This document shows positions 28,595 through 39,298 of a stretch of DNA of 64,000 bases, piece after piece (within the stretch, counting starts at the first letter, position 1; each line of letters opens with the position of its first letter). The DNA is from Spirochaetia bacterium (GTDB lineage: Bacteria > Spirochaetota > Spirochaetia > SZUA-6 > Bin103): assembly GCA_965203055.1 (NCBI GenBank), contig OZ241863.1:1472001-1536000 (forward strand). Direction: 5' to 3'. The notes under the pieces are model-generated. The model did no database searches. It saw only the letters and a program-made list of their open reading frames with translations, and was not told the DNA's origin. Made by a program: the position numbers and the translations under genes.

Positions 28595-29581
28595 TTGGCC
28601 GTCGTCACCATGAAGAACCTGCTGGAGTCGGGTGTTCACTTCGGGCATCAGACCAAGCGCTGGGATCCGCGCATGGCGCGTTACATCTTCACCGATCGTA
28701 ACGGGATCCACATCATCGACCTGCAGAAGACCATCACCGCCATCAAGGAAGCGTACGAAGCGGTGCGCACCTCCGTGCTGGCCGGCAAGCACGTCCTGTT
28801 CGTCGGCACCAAGAAGCAAGCGCAGCAATCGATCGAGCGCGAAGCGCGGCGTTGCAACATGTACTACGTCAACACCCGCTGGCTCGGCGGGATGCTCACC
28901 AACTTCTCGACCATGAAGCGTTCGCTGCTCAAGCTGAAGAAGATCGAGAAGATGGAAGTGGACGGCACCTTCGCCAACATGACCAAGAAAGAGATTTCGC
29001 GGATGCAGAAGGAGCAGGCCCGGCTGGAGCGCAATCTCGGCGGCATCAAGGAGATGAAGGAGTTGCCGGGGGTCATGTTCGTGGTCGACACCCGCAAGGA
29101 GGCGATCGCCATCGCCGAAGCCAACAAGATGAAGATTCCGGTCGTGGCCATCGTCGACACCAACTGCAACCCCGACGTCATCGACCTGCCGATTCCCGGC
29201 AACGACGACGCCATCCGGGCGATCAACCTGTTCACCCAGATCGTCGCCAACGCCGTCGTCGAAGCGGAGAACGAGGTCGGTCTGGAGGTGATCGAGACGC
29301 TGCAGGATGAAGACCGCAGCGACGAGTACGACTACGACCAGATCATCGACAAGGACGAGTACGGCGAGGACTACGAATCGGCGATGGAGGTCGAGACCGT
29401 CTCCCTCGGCGAGGCCGCGGGAGCGGCGGTGGCCACCGAGGTGCAGGACGGCTTCACCGACCAGGACTATTCCAACTACGATCCCGGCGACGAGGCCGAC
29501 AAGGAACAGCAGCAACCGGAACCGGAAACGGTCACCGAGAAAGCGGGCATCGACGAGGACACCCTCTACGAAGCCCGCTGA
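28595..29581 (+). CDS. rpsB: 30S ribosomal protein S2 with long acidic C-terminal tail
   Basis: [35 protein letters not shown] start after GAGGGG. Confidence 0.97.
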   Translation: MAVVTMKNLLESGVHFGHQTKRWDPRMARYIFTDRNGIHIIDLQKTITAIKEAYEAVRTSVLAGKHVLFVGTKKQAQQSIEREARRCNMYYVNTRWLGGMLTNFSTMKRSLLKLKKIEKMEVDGTFANMTKKEISRMQKEQARLERNLGGIKEMKELPGVMFVVDTRKEAIAIAEANKMKIPVVAIVDTNCNPDVIDLPIPGNDDAIRAINLFTQIVANAVVEAENEVGLEVIETLQDEDRSDEYDYDQIIDKDEYGEDYESAMEVETVSLGEAAGAAVATEVQDGFTDQDYSNYDPGDEADKEQQQPEPETVTEKAGIDEDTLYEAR

Positions 29582-29647
29582 CGGGCGCCGCGCGGCCCCG
29601 CCCGGGCGCGCGCGGCAGGCGGCCGGTCAGCGATGCAGGAGTGACAA

Positions 29648-30496
29648 GTGGCAATTTCCGCTCAGGACGTGAAGCGACTCCGGGAACAGACCGGAGCTGG
29701 AATGATGGACTGCAAACGGGCGCTGGTGGACGCCGGCGGCGATCTTGCGGCCGCGGCGCGCCGCCTCAAGGAGATGGGACTGGCCGCCGCCGCCAAGCGC
29801 AGCGGCCGGGCGGCCACCGAAGGACGGGTGTTCTCCACGGTGAACGGCGCCGCGGCGATCCTGGAGCTCTCCAGCGAAACCGACTTCGTGGCGCGCAACG
29901 CCCAGTTCGTGGAGCTGGGCGAAAAGCTGGTCGCCGAGATCGCGCAGGGGCGCCTGGAAGCGCCTACCGAGCACATGCAGCAGTTGATTACCGAGGCGAT
30001 TGGCCGGATCAAGGAGAACATCGCCCTGCGCCGGTTTCGCAGCGTGACCCTGGCGGCCGGTGACCGCGTGGCCCACTACCTGCACGGCGAAGGCAACATC
30101 GGCGTGCTGGTCAAGCTGCATGCCGCCGATCCGGCCAAGGCGCAGGCCGAGAGCATGGGGCAGGCGGCGTTCGATCTGGCCCTGCACGTGGCCGCGTACG
30201 CGCCGCCGTTCCTGACCGCCGAGCGCGTCGGCGCCGATTATCTGGCCGAGCAGGAGGCGATCTTCCGCACCCAGGCGGAGGCCCTGGACAAGCCGCTCAA
30301 GGTCCTGGACGGGATCGTCAAGGGGAAACTGCGCAAGCACTTGCAGGAAGTGTGCCTGGTTGAGCAGCCGTTCGTGAAGGAACCGAAGCGGAGCGTCAAG
30401 CAGGTGCTGGCCGAGCTCGGCAAGGAGCTCGGCACGGAAGTGTCGGTGGTCGACTACGTCTACTACAAGGTAGGCGAGGGCGCGCCGTCCGCCTGA
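29648..30496 (+). CDS. tsf: Elongation factor Ts
   Basis: VKRLREQTGAGMMDCK, ETDFVA. Confidence 0.97.
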   Translation: MAISAQDVKRLREQTGAGMMDCKRALVDAGGDLAAAARRLKEMGLAAAAKRSGRAATEGRVFSTVNGAAAILELSSETDFVARNAQFVELGEKLVAEIAQGRLEAPTEHMQQLITEAIGRIKENIALRRFRSVTLAAGDRVAHYLHGEGNIGVLVKLHAADPAKAQAESMGQAAFDLALHVAAYAPPFLTAERVGADYLAEQEAIFRTQAEALDKPLKVLDGIVKGKLRKHLQEVCLVEQPFVKEPKRSVKQVLAELGKELGTEVSVVDYVYYKVGEGAPSA

Positions 30497-30518
30497 AGGC
30501 GAAACCGAGGAGGAAGCC

Positions 30519-31070
30519 GTGGCCAAACTTGCCGCTGAGGCGAAGCAGCGCATGCAGAAGTCGATCGACGCGCTGGTGGGCGAATTCACGACCATCCGCA
30601 CGGGGCGCGCCAGCGCGCCGATGTTCGACAAGATCCGGGTCGAGGCCTACGGCCAGCAGTTGCCGCTGAACCAGACCGCCACGATTTCGATCCCCGAGGC
30701 GCGGCTGGTCATCATCCAGCCGTGGGATCGATCCACGCTGAGCCACATCGAACGCGCGATCCAGAAGTCTGATCTGTCCTTGAATCCGAGCAACGACGGC
30801 AAGGTCATTCGCATCGCCATTCCGCCGCTTACCGAGGAACGGCGCAAGGAAATCGTGAAGCAGGCGCGCAGCGCCGCCGAGCAGGCCCGGGTCGCGGTGC
30901 GCAACATCCGCCGCGACCTCAACGAGAGCATCAGGCAGCAGAAGAAGGAAGGGCTCGGCGAGGACGCGGCGAAGCGCGAGTCGGATCAGGTGCAGACCCT
31001 GACCGACGAGCGCATTGCCGAGATCAACGAGCTGCTCGCGTCCAAGGAAAAGGAGATCATGGAGATCTAA
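30519..31070 (+). CDS. frr: Ribosome recycling factor
   Basis: IRTGRAS, NPSNDG, PPLTEERRK, AVRNIRRD, KEKEIME. Confidence 0.97.
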   Translation: MAKLAAEAKQRMQKSIDALVGEFTTIRTGRASAPMFDKIRVEAYGQQLPLNQTATISIPEARLVIIQPWDRSTLSHIERAIQKSDLSLNPSNDGKVIRIAIPPLTEERRKEIVKQARSAAEQARVAVRNIRRDLNESIRQQKKEGLGEDAAKRESDQVQTLTDERIAEINELLASKEKEIMEI

Positions 31071-31094
31071 GGAGATCTTCAGGAGCCTGCCGGC

Positions 31095-32015
31095 TTGGGC
31101 GCAGGGAAGCCGCTGACGGGAGATCGCTTTTGGGTGCGCGTACTCCTGTTGTTGGCCGCGGTGCCGTTCTTCTTCGTGGTGATCTTCCTGCTGCCGGGAT
31201 ACCGCCATCTCCTGTTCAGCCTGTTCTGCGCCGCGGCCGCGGTGTTGGGTTCGCGCGAGGTGGCGCGGCTGTTCGAGCGCCGGCGGATGGCGGGAGATTG
31301 GCGGCTGGCAGGGTTCTGCTCCGCCCTGTTTCCGGCCGGGGCGTACCTGGAGAACTGGGACTTCGTGCCGGCCCACACCACCGGCGCCGCGGTCACCATC
31401 GCCGCGGCCGCGGCGCTGTCGGTGTCGGTGCTGGCCTCCGCCGGGGGCGGCGGCGGGGCGGCCGGTCCGGCCGCGGGCGGGCGGACCCCGGCGGCCCGCA
31501 CGCTGGAATACGCCGGCGCCACGCTGTTCGCCTGCTGCTATCCGGGGTTGCTGATCGGCTACCTGGTGCGGCTGGCCGGCGTCGGCGAGCCGCGCTGGAT
31601 GCTGCTGACCTTCTTCGCGGCGGTATTCGGCAACGACACCATCGCCTACGCGGCGGGCAAGCTGGCGCGCGGGCGCACCGCCCTGGGTCTGGCCGTCAGT
31701 CCGGCCAAGACCGCGGTGGGTTACGTCGCCGGCATCTCCGCTTCGGTAGGGGCCTTGCTGGCGGCCCGGGCGCTGTTTCCCGGAGCGCCGCGCTTCGGTA
31801 CCATTGAGGCAGCTATGGGCGGAGCGGCAATCGGGGTGTGCGCGGCGCTGGGCGACTTGGTGGAGTCGGCGCTGAAACGCGCCGCGCAGGTGAAAGACTC
31901 AGGTCATCTCATTCCGGGCCGCGGCGGACTGCTGGATTCCATCGATTCGATGCTGTTGTGCGCGCCGGTGTTCTTCCTCTGGATGCAGACGGTGGAGTGG
32001 CCGCCGCCGGCGTGA
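31095..32015 (+). CDS. cdsA: Phosphatidate cytidylyltransferase
   Basis: VSPAKT, GDLVESALKR...KDSG.LIPGRGGLLDSIDS. Confidence 0.92.
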   Translation: MGAGKPLTGDRFWVRVLLLLAAVPFFFVVIFLLPGYRHLLFSLFCAAAAVLGSREVARLFERRRMAGDWRLAGFCSALFPAGAYLENWDFVPAHTTGAAVTIAAAAALSVSVLASAGGGGGAAGPAAGGRTPAARTLEYAGATLFACCYPGLLIGYLVRLAGVGEPRWMLLTFFAAVFGNDTIAYAAGKLARGRTALGLAVSPAKTAVGYVAGISASVGALLAARALFPGAPRFGTIEAAMGGAAIGVCAALGDLVESALKRAAQVKDSGHLIPGRGGLLDSIDSMLLCAPVFFLWMQTVEWPPPA

Positions 32016-32017
32016 AC

Positions 32018-33370
32018 ATGCTGCCCGTCACCATCCTGTTCGGCATCCTCGGGCTGGGGATCATGGTGTTCGTCCATGAGCTCGGCCACTTCCTGGCCGC
32101 CAAGGCCAACGGCGTGGCGGTGGAAGTGTTCTCCCTCGGCTGGGGCCGCGCGCTGTGCGGCGTTCGCTACCGCGGCACGGTCTATCAGCTTTCCTGGTTC
32201 CCGCTGGGCGGCTATTGCAAGATGAAGGGGGACGAGGGCTTGCGCGAGGCGTCGCGCGCCGGCAGCGGCGAGGTGGCCGCGGAACCGGGGTCGTTCTTCG
32301 CGGCCAGCGCCTGGCGCCGCATCGTCATCATCCTTGCCGGGCCGCTGGCCAACCTTGCCTTCGCCATCCTGGTACTGAGCGCGATCTGGTGGATCGGGTT
32401 CCGCATCGACAGCCCGGAGAGCCGCATCGTGCTGGCCTCCGAGTACACCCTCGACGCGGTGGCCGGCACCACGCCGGCGGACGCCGCGGGGCTGGTGACC
32501 GGCGACCGCATCGTGCGCGTCGACGGCCGCGAGGTCGCCAACTTCCAGGAGCTGCGCGGGCGCATCGCCGCGGCCCCGGAGCGCACCCTGCAGCTTACCG
32601 TGGAACGCGGCGGCGCGCTGCTCGCGCTTCCCATCACCCCGGAGCTGGACCCGGCGACGCTGGCCGGCCGCATCTGGGTGTACCCGTGGGTCGATCCGGT
32701 GCTGGAGGTGACGCCGGGCAGCGCCGCAGCCGCCGCCGGATTGCGCTCCGGCGACCGCGTCACGGCGCTCGGCGGCAGCCCGGTGCGCCATTCCATCGAC
32801 GTGGTGCAGGCGCTGCAGCAGAGCCCGGCGCGGGCCGTGTTCACCGTGGAGCGCTCCGGCGCCGAATGGGAAATCGAGTTGCCGCTGGCCGGCGGCCTGC
32901 GCGATCCGGGGTTCGCGTTTCGGGTCCCCCCGTCGCGCTCGCCGCGGCTGACATTGGGTGAGTCCTTGGGGCGCGGCGCGGCGGACACCGGGCGTACCAT
33001 CGGCGCCGCGGTCGGCGGCTTTCGGCTGCTGTTTCGCGGCAACCCGCAACAGGCCGTAGCCGGGCCGCTGCGCATCACCTACGTGATGGGGCGCGCCGCT
33101 TCGGACGGCTTCGAGCGCGGCCTCGGCGTTGGCCTGGTGCAGTTCTTCAGGCTGCTGTGCCTGATCAGCACGGTGCTGTTCGTGATGAATCTGCTGCCGC
33201 TGCCGGCGCTCGACGGAGGCCACCTGGCGCTGTACCTGATCGAGCTGGTGCGCGGCAAGCCGCTGCGCCCGGCGATCGTCTACCGGATTCAGACGGTGGG
33301 CCTGCCGCTGCTGCTGTTCCTCGCCATCGCCGCCACCTTCAGCGACATCCTGTTCTTTGCGGGCCGCTAG
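32018..33370 (+). CDS. rseP: Site-2 (RIP) metalloprotease with PDZ domains
   Basis: HELGH, FSLGWG, AGPLAN, NLLPLPALDGG. Confidence 0.95.
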   Translation: MLPVTILFGILGLGIMVFVHELGHFLAAKANGVAVEVFSLGWGRALCGVRYRGTVYQLSWFPLGGYCKMKGDEGLREASRAGSGEVAAEPGSFFAASAWRRIVIILAGPLANLAFAILVLSAIWWIGFRIDSPESRIVLASEYTLDAVAGTTPADAAGLVTGDRIVRVDGREVANFQELRGRIAAAPERTLQLTVERGGALLALPITPELDPATLAGRIWVYPWVDPVLEVTPGSAAAAAGLRSGDRVTALGGSPVRHSIDVVQALQQSPARAVFTVERSGAEWEIELPLAGGLRDPGFAFRVPPSRSPRLTLGESLGRGAADTGRTIGAAVGGFRLLFRGNPQQAVAGPLRITYVMGRAASDGFERGLGVGLVQFFRLLCLISTVLFVMNLLPLPALDGGHLALYLIELVRGKPLRPAIVYRIQTVGLPLLLFLAIAATFSDILFFAGR

Positions 33371-33374
33371 CGCC

Positions 33375-35504
33375 ATGCGCCCCCGGCGGCTCCGCCTGCC
33401 GCCCATCCTGGCCGCGTGGGCGTTGTTGACCGCGGCCGCCGCTATGCCGGCCGGCGCGGCCCCCGGGCCGCTGATCAACAGCGGTCACCGCGGGGCGATT
33501 ACCGACCTGGAATACGATGCCCGGCGCCGGCTGCTGTTCTCCGCCGGCGACGATGGTTCGGTGCGGGTCTGGGAGCATGGCAGCCAAACCATCGTCCAAC
33601 ACCTGTTCCTCGGCGTCCACCGGGTCGCGCGCATCGCGCTGCAGCCGGAAGGCACCCTGCTGGCGGCCGTGCTGCGCTCCGCCGCCGGCGACCATCTGCT
33701 GGAGGTGTGGGACTGGCGCTCGGGCCGGCGGCTGCATGGCCGCGCGCTGACCGAGCCGCCGCTGCACCTGGGCTTTACCAGCCGCGGCTCGGCGCTGGTC
33801 TATACCAGGGCGCAGCTCGACAGCGTAGTGTTCCTGGACGCCCGCAGCGGCCGCCCGCTGCCGCGCCTGCCGCCCGGCCTCGGGATCGTCTCGTTCGTCA
33901 CCACCTCCACCAACGAGCGCACCATCATGACCTACCAGCCCACCGGCAGAATTCGCTACTGGGACGCTGCCGGCGCCGGCCTGCAGGCCGAGGTGACCAC
34001 GCTGCCGGGGCTGGAGCAGATCGCCGTCAGCGCCGACAACACGCTGCTGGTGGCGCGCTCGGGCGGCGACATCGTAGCCATCGACGTGGTGACCGGGCAG
34101 GTACGGCGGCGCCTCACGCCGGCGCCGCCGGCGGTGTTCGCCGTATCGGACCTGCGGCCGCAACTCATTCTGCTGGAAACGGCGCCGGCGGCGGACGGCG
34201 GCGGAGTCCGGCTGCGGCGCATCCGCCTGGACCGCGGCCTGACCGGCGACCGCGGCGCGGCCCTGGAGCTGACCGGTGCGGTGAGTGTCATCGCGGCCGC
34301 CGACTACTCGGTGTTCATGGCGCAACCGGGCGGCATTGCCGAGTACCGTTCCGGCGCGGTGCGGACCTTCGCCCGCGACGAGCTCCTGCCGGAGGCGCAA
34401 CTGGCGATTGCCGGCGATACCCTGGTGGTGGCCGCCGGAGCGCGCCTCGCCCTGTTCCGTACCGCCTTGCCGGCCGCCCCGCCGGGCGGCCGCGCGACCG
34501 CGGGCACCCCGCCGCTGCCGCGGGTGCTCAGCCGGCAGCAGGTGCCCAATCCGCTCCCGGCGCCGGTGGGGCTGACCGTGGCCGCGCCCGGGGCCGTGCT
34601 GCTGTGGAACCGGGAAGGGGAGGCCGGCGCGCTGGGAACGCTGGACCCCGCCACCGGCGCGTTCCAGCTTCGCCTCACCGGCCTGCCGGCGCCGCTGGCG
34701 CAGGTGAGCGTCCTCGAGCGGCGCCTGCTCCTGCTCGACCGCGCCGGCGAACTACGGCTGTACTCCCTGGCGCAGGTGCTCGGCGCCGACCCCGACCGGC
34801 CGCCGGAGCCGGAGCAACGGTTCCGGCTGCCCGGCGCCAACAAGGCCGCCGGCAGCGATCGGCGCCTCGTCGTCGGGCGCAGCGGCGCGCCGGCCGGCGC
34901 CGCTCCGCTGCTGCGGATCGATACCGCCACCGCCGAGACCATCCTCCTGCCGGACGAGGCGCTGCTCATCTACGACGTCGCCCAACATGCGGCCGGCGAT
35001 CTGTTCACCCTCGGGGTGGAGTCCGCGCCGGCCGGTTCCGGGCCGGCGCCGGCGCGTACCGTGCTGAAGCGCCGCACCGGCGGCAACCTGATTCGACAGT
35101 ACGTGCTCGACACCTATGCCGGCGAAGATCTGTTCGCCGCATTGGCCGCGGCGCCGGATGGGAGGCGCGTGTATTCGTCGCTGGGCCAGGACACGGTGCG
35201 GGTGTGGGACGGCCGGCGCCTGCAGGAATTGGAGCGTTCCGGTCACCGCCCGCGGCGGCTGGCGGTAGCCGGCGGCGTGCTGGTGGCGCACAATGCCGAC
35301 GGCACGTTCACGGTCTGGGACCGTGCGACGCGCGCGGTGCTGTTCGACCTGTACCTGTTCCGTGACTTCGAATGGTTGGTGGTGGAGCAGAGCGGCCGTT
35401 ACGCTCACTCCTCCGGCGCGTGGCGCTACCTCAGCGACAGCGCGCGCCGCTTGAGCGCGGCCGCGCCGGCCGCCGCCGGCTCACTGGCTCTGGCGCGAGA
35501 GTGA
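33375..35504 (+). CDS. Exported WD40/beta-propeller protein
   Basis: Signal peptide, GHRGAITDL...LFSAGDDGSVRVWE WD repeat; 3' end overlaps dnaB 3' end by 24 nt. Confidence 0.75.
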   Translation: MRPRRLRLPPILAAWALLTAAAAMPAGAAPGPLINSGHRGAITDLEYDARRRLLFSAGDDGSVRVWEHGSQTIVQHLFLGVHRVARIALQPEGTLLAAVLRSAAGDHLLEVWDWRSGRRLHGRALTEPPLHLGFTSRGSALVYTRAQLDSVVFLDARSGRPLPRLPPGLGIVSFVTTSTNERTIMTYQPTGRIRYWDAAGAGLQAEVTTLPGLEQIAVSADNTLLVARSGGDIVAIDVVTGQVRRRLTPAPPAVFAVSDLRPQLILLETAPAADGGGVRLRRIRLDRGLTGDRGAALELTGAVSVIAAADYSVFMAQPGGIAEYRSGAVRTFARDELLPEAQLAIAGDTLVVAAGARLALFRTALPAAPPGGRATAGTPPLPRVLSRQQVPNPLPAPVGLTVAAPGAVLLWNREGEAGALGTLDPATGAFQLRLTGLPAPLAQVSVLERRLLLLDRAGELRLYSLAQVLGADPDRPPEPEQRFRLPGANKAAGSDRRLVVGRSGAPAGAAPLLRIDTATAETILLPDEALLIYDVAQHAAGDLFTLGVESAPAGSGPAPARTVLKRRTGGNLIRQYVLDTYAGEDLFAALAAAPDGRRVYSSLGQDTVRVWDGRRLQELERSGHRPRRLAVAGGVLVAHNADGTFTVWDRATRAVLFDLYLFRDFEWLVVEQSGRYAHSSGAWRYLSDSARRLSAAAPAAAGSLALARE

Positions 35505-36842
35505 CTCGAACTTGGTGTATTCGGGAATGAAGGCCAGATTGATCTTGCCGACGGGACCGTTGCGCTGCTTGGCCACGATCAGGTCAGTCTCCACGTCGTT
35601 CAGGTTCTCGTCGGTGCCGCGCTCGCGGTGCAGGAACATCACCACGTCGGCATCCTGCTCGATGGAGCCTGACTCGCGCAGATCGGCCAGCGTCGGCAGC
35701 TTCCCCTCGGTCTCGCGCCGTACCTGAGACAGGGCCAGCACCGGCACGTCCAGCTCCCGCGCCAGCGCCTTCAACGAGCGGCTGATCTCGGCGATCTGCT
35801 CGTGCCGCGCCAACTCATGGTGCTCCGAGGTGATCAAGGTCAGGTAGTCGATGAAGATGATCTCGACGTTGTGGTTGGACCGCATGCGCCGCGCCTGGGC
35901 GCGCAGATCGAGCAGCTTGAGGTTGGGCGAGTCTTCGATGAACAGCGGGGCGTCGTAGATGCGGCCGGCGGCGTCGGTGATCTTGTGAAAGTCCGATGGC
36001 CGCAGCAGACCGGAGCGGATGCGGTTCGAGTCCAGCCGCGCTTCGCTGGCGAGCAGCCGCTGCATCAGCGCGACGGCTGACATCTCCAACGTAAAGAAGC
36101 CCACCGGCCGCTTCTGCTGCACGGCGATGTTGGCCGCCATGGTCAGCGCCAGCGCGGTCTTGCCGACCGACGGCCGCGCGCCGATGACCACGAACTCGGA
36201 GTCCTGGAACCCGCTGGTCAAGTTGTCGAGGTCCGGGAAGCCGCTGGGAATGCCGGTATAGCTGCCGCTGGAGTGATAGAGCTTCTCGATCGCCGTCACG
36301 GTCTGGGCGATCACCTCCCGCGCCAGGCGGAACGCGCCGCTCTGCTGGCGGTCGGTGATCTCGAAGATGCGCCGCTCCGCTTCCTCGATGATGTAGCGCA
36401 CCTCCTGGGTGTCGTCATACGAGTCGGCGATGATGGAGGCCGCGATGCGCTGCAGCTCGCGGCGCATGCTCAACGCCTGGACGATCCGCGCGTAGTACTC
36501 GACGTTGGCGCTGGTGGGAACCGCGGAAGTGAGCCGGGAGATCTGGGCGGTGCCGCCGCAGGCCTCCAACTCGCCGGCGCGGCCCAGTTCATCGCACAGC
36601 GTAATCAGGTCTACCGCTTCATTGCGGTCGAACAACGCGAGGATCGCTTCATAGATCTTGCGGTGGGCGGCGCGGTAGAAGTCGTCGGCGCGCAGATAGC
36701 GCAATACCGTGGACAGGGCTTCCGGGTCGAGCAGCAGCGCCCCCAGAGTGGCCACCTCGGCGTCGAGGTTGTGCGGCGGTACGGAATCCCGCAGCGGCGC
36801 CGCTGTCGGTGGTGCGGCCGGCAGCGCCGCAATACGAGCCAC
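35481..36842 (-). CDS. dnaB: Replicative DNA helicase
   Basis: PPHNLDAE, GARPSVGKT, FIDYL, DLRESGSIEQDAD, AKQRNGP. Confidence 0.97.
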   Translation of the reverse strand: MARIAALPAAPPTAAPLRDSVPPHNLDAEVATLGALLLDPEALSTVLRYLRADDFYRAAHRKIYEAILALFDRNEAVDLITLCDELGRAGELEACGGTAQISRLTSAVPTSANVEYYARIVQALSMRRELQRIAASIIADSYDDTQEVRYIIEEAERRIFEITDRQQSGAFRLAREVIAQTVTAIEKLYHSSGSYTGIPSGFPDLDNLTSGFQDSEFVVIGARPSVGKTALALTMAANIAVQQKRPVGFFTLEMSAVALMQRLLASEARLDSNRIRSGLLRPSDFHKITDAAGRIYDAPLFIEDSPNLKLLDLRAQARRMRSNHNVEIIFIDYLTLITSEHHELARHEQIAEISRSLKALARELDVPVLALSQVRRETEGKLPTLADLRESGSIEQDADVVMFLHRERGTDENLNDVETDLIVAKQRNGPVGKINLAFIPEYTKFESLSRQSQ

Positions 36843-36847
36843 CGCGG

Positions 36848-37300
36848 TCAGTCGGCGTCGGACTCGATGGTCACCTTGACGTTGGCGGCCTGATTCTCGT
36901 ACAGGCGGACGCGCACGGTGTGCTCGCCGACCATCTTGAGCGAGTGGTCGGGAACCTCGATGCGCCGGCGGTCGAGTTCGAAGCCGCGCCGCTCCAACTC
37001 CGCGGCGATTGCGACGCTGGTAATGGAGCCGAACAGCTTGCCACTCACCCCGGCGGTCATGCGAAAGGTGAGTTCCTCCGCCTCCAGCCGTTCGCGCAAT
37101 CCCGCGGCGCCGACCCGCTTCTCTTCCTTGCGCCGCTCGATTGCCTCGCGGCGGTGCTCCAGCAGGGTTATCGCGTGGTCGCTGAACGGCAGCGCCGCCC
37201 GCTTGCGGAACAGGAAGTTGCGCGCGTAGCCGGCGGCCACGTCGCAGACGTCGCCCTCTTCGCCAAGACCCAGCACGTCCTGTTGCAAAATCACCTTCAT
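36848..37300 (-). CDS. rplI: 50S ribosomal protein L9
   Basis: MKVIL, GYARNFL, GKLFGSIT. Confidence 0.97.
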   Translation of the reverse strand: MKVILQQDVLGLGEEGDVCDVAAGYARNFLFRKRAALPFSDHAITLLEHRREAIERRKEEKRVGAAGLRERLEAEELTFRMTAGVSGKLFGSITSVAIAAELERRGFELDRRRIEVPDHSLKMVGEHTVRVRLYENQAANVKVTIESDAD

Positions 37301-37327
37301 GGTTCTCTCCTCACACGTGGTACGCTC

Positions 37328-38338
37328 TCAGGCAGCGTTGGTCCGGCGCTCCGGCGGCGGGCGCTTGAAGTCCACCCAGGTCTCCGAGATTCCCAGGAGC
37401 GGCAGCCCGAACACCGGTACGAACGTCAGCACCGGCCGAAACAGCATGAACACCAGGGCGATGCCGATCATCACCCGCATCGGACCGGGTACGTTATAGC
37501 GCCGATAGAGCCACTGCAAGACCCCGATGCCCTGCAGGGTGAACAGGAACAGAAACACCGAGAATACGTTCCAGCCGGCGTAGCGCAGCGGTCCGATCTC
37601 GCCCAGCACGGCATCGCCCAGTACCGCGGCGCCGCTCGACAGGATCGCCCAGATACACCATGGCTCCAGGCGGAAGGCAACCAGCCGCCCGACCGGCGAG
37701 CGCATGCCCATGCTGCGCGCCCCCCAGAGCGAGCCGAGCCACCATGCCGTCACCAGGTACACCAGATACAGGAACATGACGCCGCGCAACAGCACCTCGC
37801 CGATGGTGTCGGCAAACAGGTCCACCGCCGCGGCGGTGGGCGGCGGCGCGTCCAGCGCCGCGGAGGGGTTGAGACTCACGCGCAGCAGCGGCTGATCGGC
37901 AATGTAGGCGCGCATGGCCGGGGCGAATTCAGGGTCGCTCAGCAGGCCGCCGACGAAGGGGACGGCAACCAAGCCCGCGGCCCCGGTGACGATCATGATG
38001 CGCAGCAGGTGCCGGTAGGGGAGGACCCGAGGTTCGTTTACCAGCCACAGGCCGCCGAGCAATGCCGCCGACAGGAACAACTGGATGTTGTGGAGATAGC
38101 CTTCGGCCGCCGTCAGATCGGCGCGCGCCCCGCTGGTGGCCAGCTCGACCAGGGCCGCCAGCATGACGAGCAGGAGCACGCCATAGCCGAAGGCGCTGCG
38201 CCCGCGGCGCACCGCCAGCACCTGCAGCGGAATCAGAAACAGAAACACGCCGGGCGCCAGCAGATGGAGCGCCAGGCTCACGGCGGCGAATACGCCGGTC
38301 TCGATCCAGATCCGGTTGGGGAAACCCCGGTTGTTCAT
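37328..38338 (-). CDS. DUF2232/YybS-like membrane protein
   Basis: Multi-TM protein between rpsR and rplI; LQGIGV and GISETWVDFK motifs. Confidence 0.8.
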   Translation of the reverse strand: MNNRGFPNRIWIETGVFAAVSLALHLLAPGVFLFLIPLQVLAVRRGRSAFGYGVLLLVMLAALVELATSGARADLTAAEGYLHNIQLFLSAALLGGLWLVNEPRVLPYRHLLRIMIVTGAAGLVAVPFVGGLLSDPEFAPAMRAYIADQPLLRVSLNPSAALDAPPPTAAAVDLFADTIGEVLLRGVMFLYLVYLVTAWWLGSLWGARSMGMRSPVGRLVAFRLEPWCIWAILSSGAAVLGDAVLGEIGPLRYAGWNVFSVFLFLFTLQGIGVLQWLYRRYNVPGPMRVMIGIALVFMLFRPVLTFVPVFGLPLLGISETWVDFKRPPPERRTNAA

Positions 38339-38380
38339 GCTGGCGCCGGGCGGCGGTGCAACTTCCTGAAAGCGGCGGCT

Positions 38381-38812
38381 CTACTGCGCCGTGAACGGCA
38401 GCAGCGCCAGCGCGCGGGCGCGCTTGACCGCCGCCGACAGTTTGCGCTGGCACTTGGCACAATTCCCGGTGACGCGGCGCGGCAGGATCTTGCCGCGGTC
38501 GGTGATGTACCGGCGCAAGGTATCGATCTCCTTGTAATCGATGATTGCCTTGCCGGGCCTGCTGCGCGCGCAGAACTTGCAGAACTTCTTGCGGTAGAAC
38601 GGCCGTCCCTGGCGGGTCCGGCCGCGCCCGTCGCGGCGGTCGCCGGGCGGGCCGTCGCGCCGCTCGCGCCCGCCGCCGGCATATGCTCCCGCGCCGCGCG
38701 GCGCGGGAGCGGAGTCGACGCCCTCGCGGCGGGCGCCGGAAACGGCCTCCGGCGCATCCGCCGCCACTTCGGTGGGCGGCGGAGCCGGATCGGCTGGGGT
38801 GGTGTCAGACAT
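38381..38812 (-). CDS. rpsR: 30S ribosomal protein S18 with low-complexity N-terminal extension
   Basis: [35 protein letters not shown]. Confidence 0.95.
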   Translation of the reverse strand: MSDTTPADPAPPPTEVAADAPEAVSGARREGVDSAPAPRGAGAYAGGGRERRDGPPGDRRDGRGRTRQGRPFYRKKFCKFCARSRPGKAIIDYKEIDTLRRYITDRGKILPRRVTGNCAKCQRKLSAAVKRARALALLPFTAQ

Positions 38813-38833
38813 GGAGTACGTATCCTTTGGGCA

Positions 38834-39292
38834 CTAGAACGGAATGTCGTCGTCGAACTCGTCGGCCGGCGGGATGCCTCCGGCACGGGCCGGCGGAGGG
38901 CCGGACGGAGGGCCGGACGGACGGCTGGGGGGAGGCGCGCCGGGCTCCTCGCGCGGCGCCCCGTCGTTGCGCCCGCCGAGCAACTGAAGGTTGCTGACCG
39001 AAATCTCCACGATGCTGCGGGTGCGCCCTTCCTGCTCCCAGCGTCGCTGCCGGAGCTGACCTTCGATCCCGACCTGCTTGCCCTTGACCAGATACTGATT
39101 GAGCACCTCGGCGGTCCGGCCCCACACCACGCAATCGAAGAAATGCGCCTCATCGACCCACTGGTCATCGCGCCGGCGCCGCTGATTCACCGCCAGCCCG
39201 ATGTTGGATACCGCCTGCCCCGAATTGGTGTACTTCAGCTCCGCATCCCGGGTGAGGCGGCCCACCAGGGTGACGTGATTGATGTCGGCCAT
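38834..39292 (-). CDS. ssb: Single-stranded DNA-binding protein
   Basis: NHVTLVGRLTRDAEL; C-terminal DDDIPF. Confidence 0.97.
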   Translation of the reverse strand: MADINHVTLVGRLTRDAELKYTNSGQAVSNIGLAVNQRRRRDDQWVDEAHFFDCVVWGRTAEVLNQYLVKGKQVGIEGQLRQRRWEQEGRTRSIVEISVSNLQLLGGRNDGAPREEPGAPPPSRPSGPPSGPPPARAGGIPPADEFDDDIPF

Positions 39293-39298
39293 GCTCAG

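Noticed and set aside
35481..36842. Intein in DnaB
   Set aside because: Normal 453-aa length with contiguous motifs.
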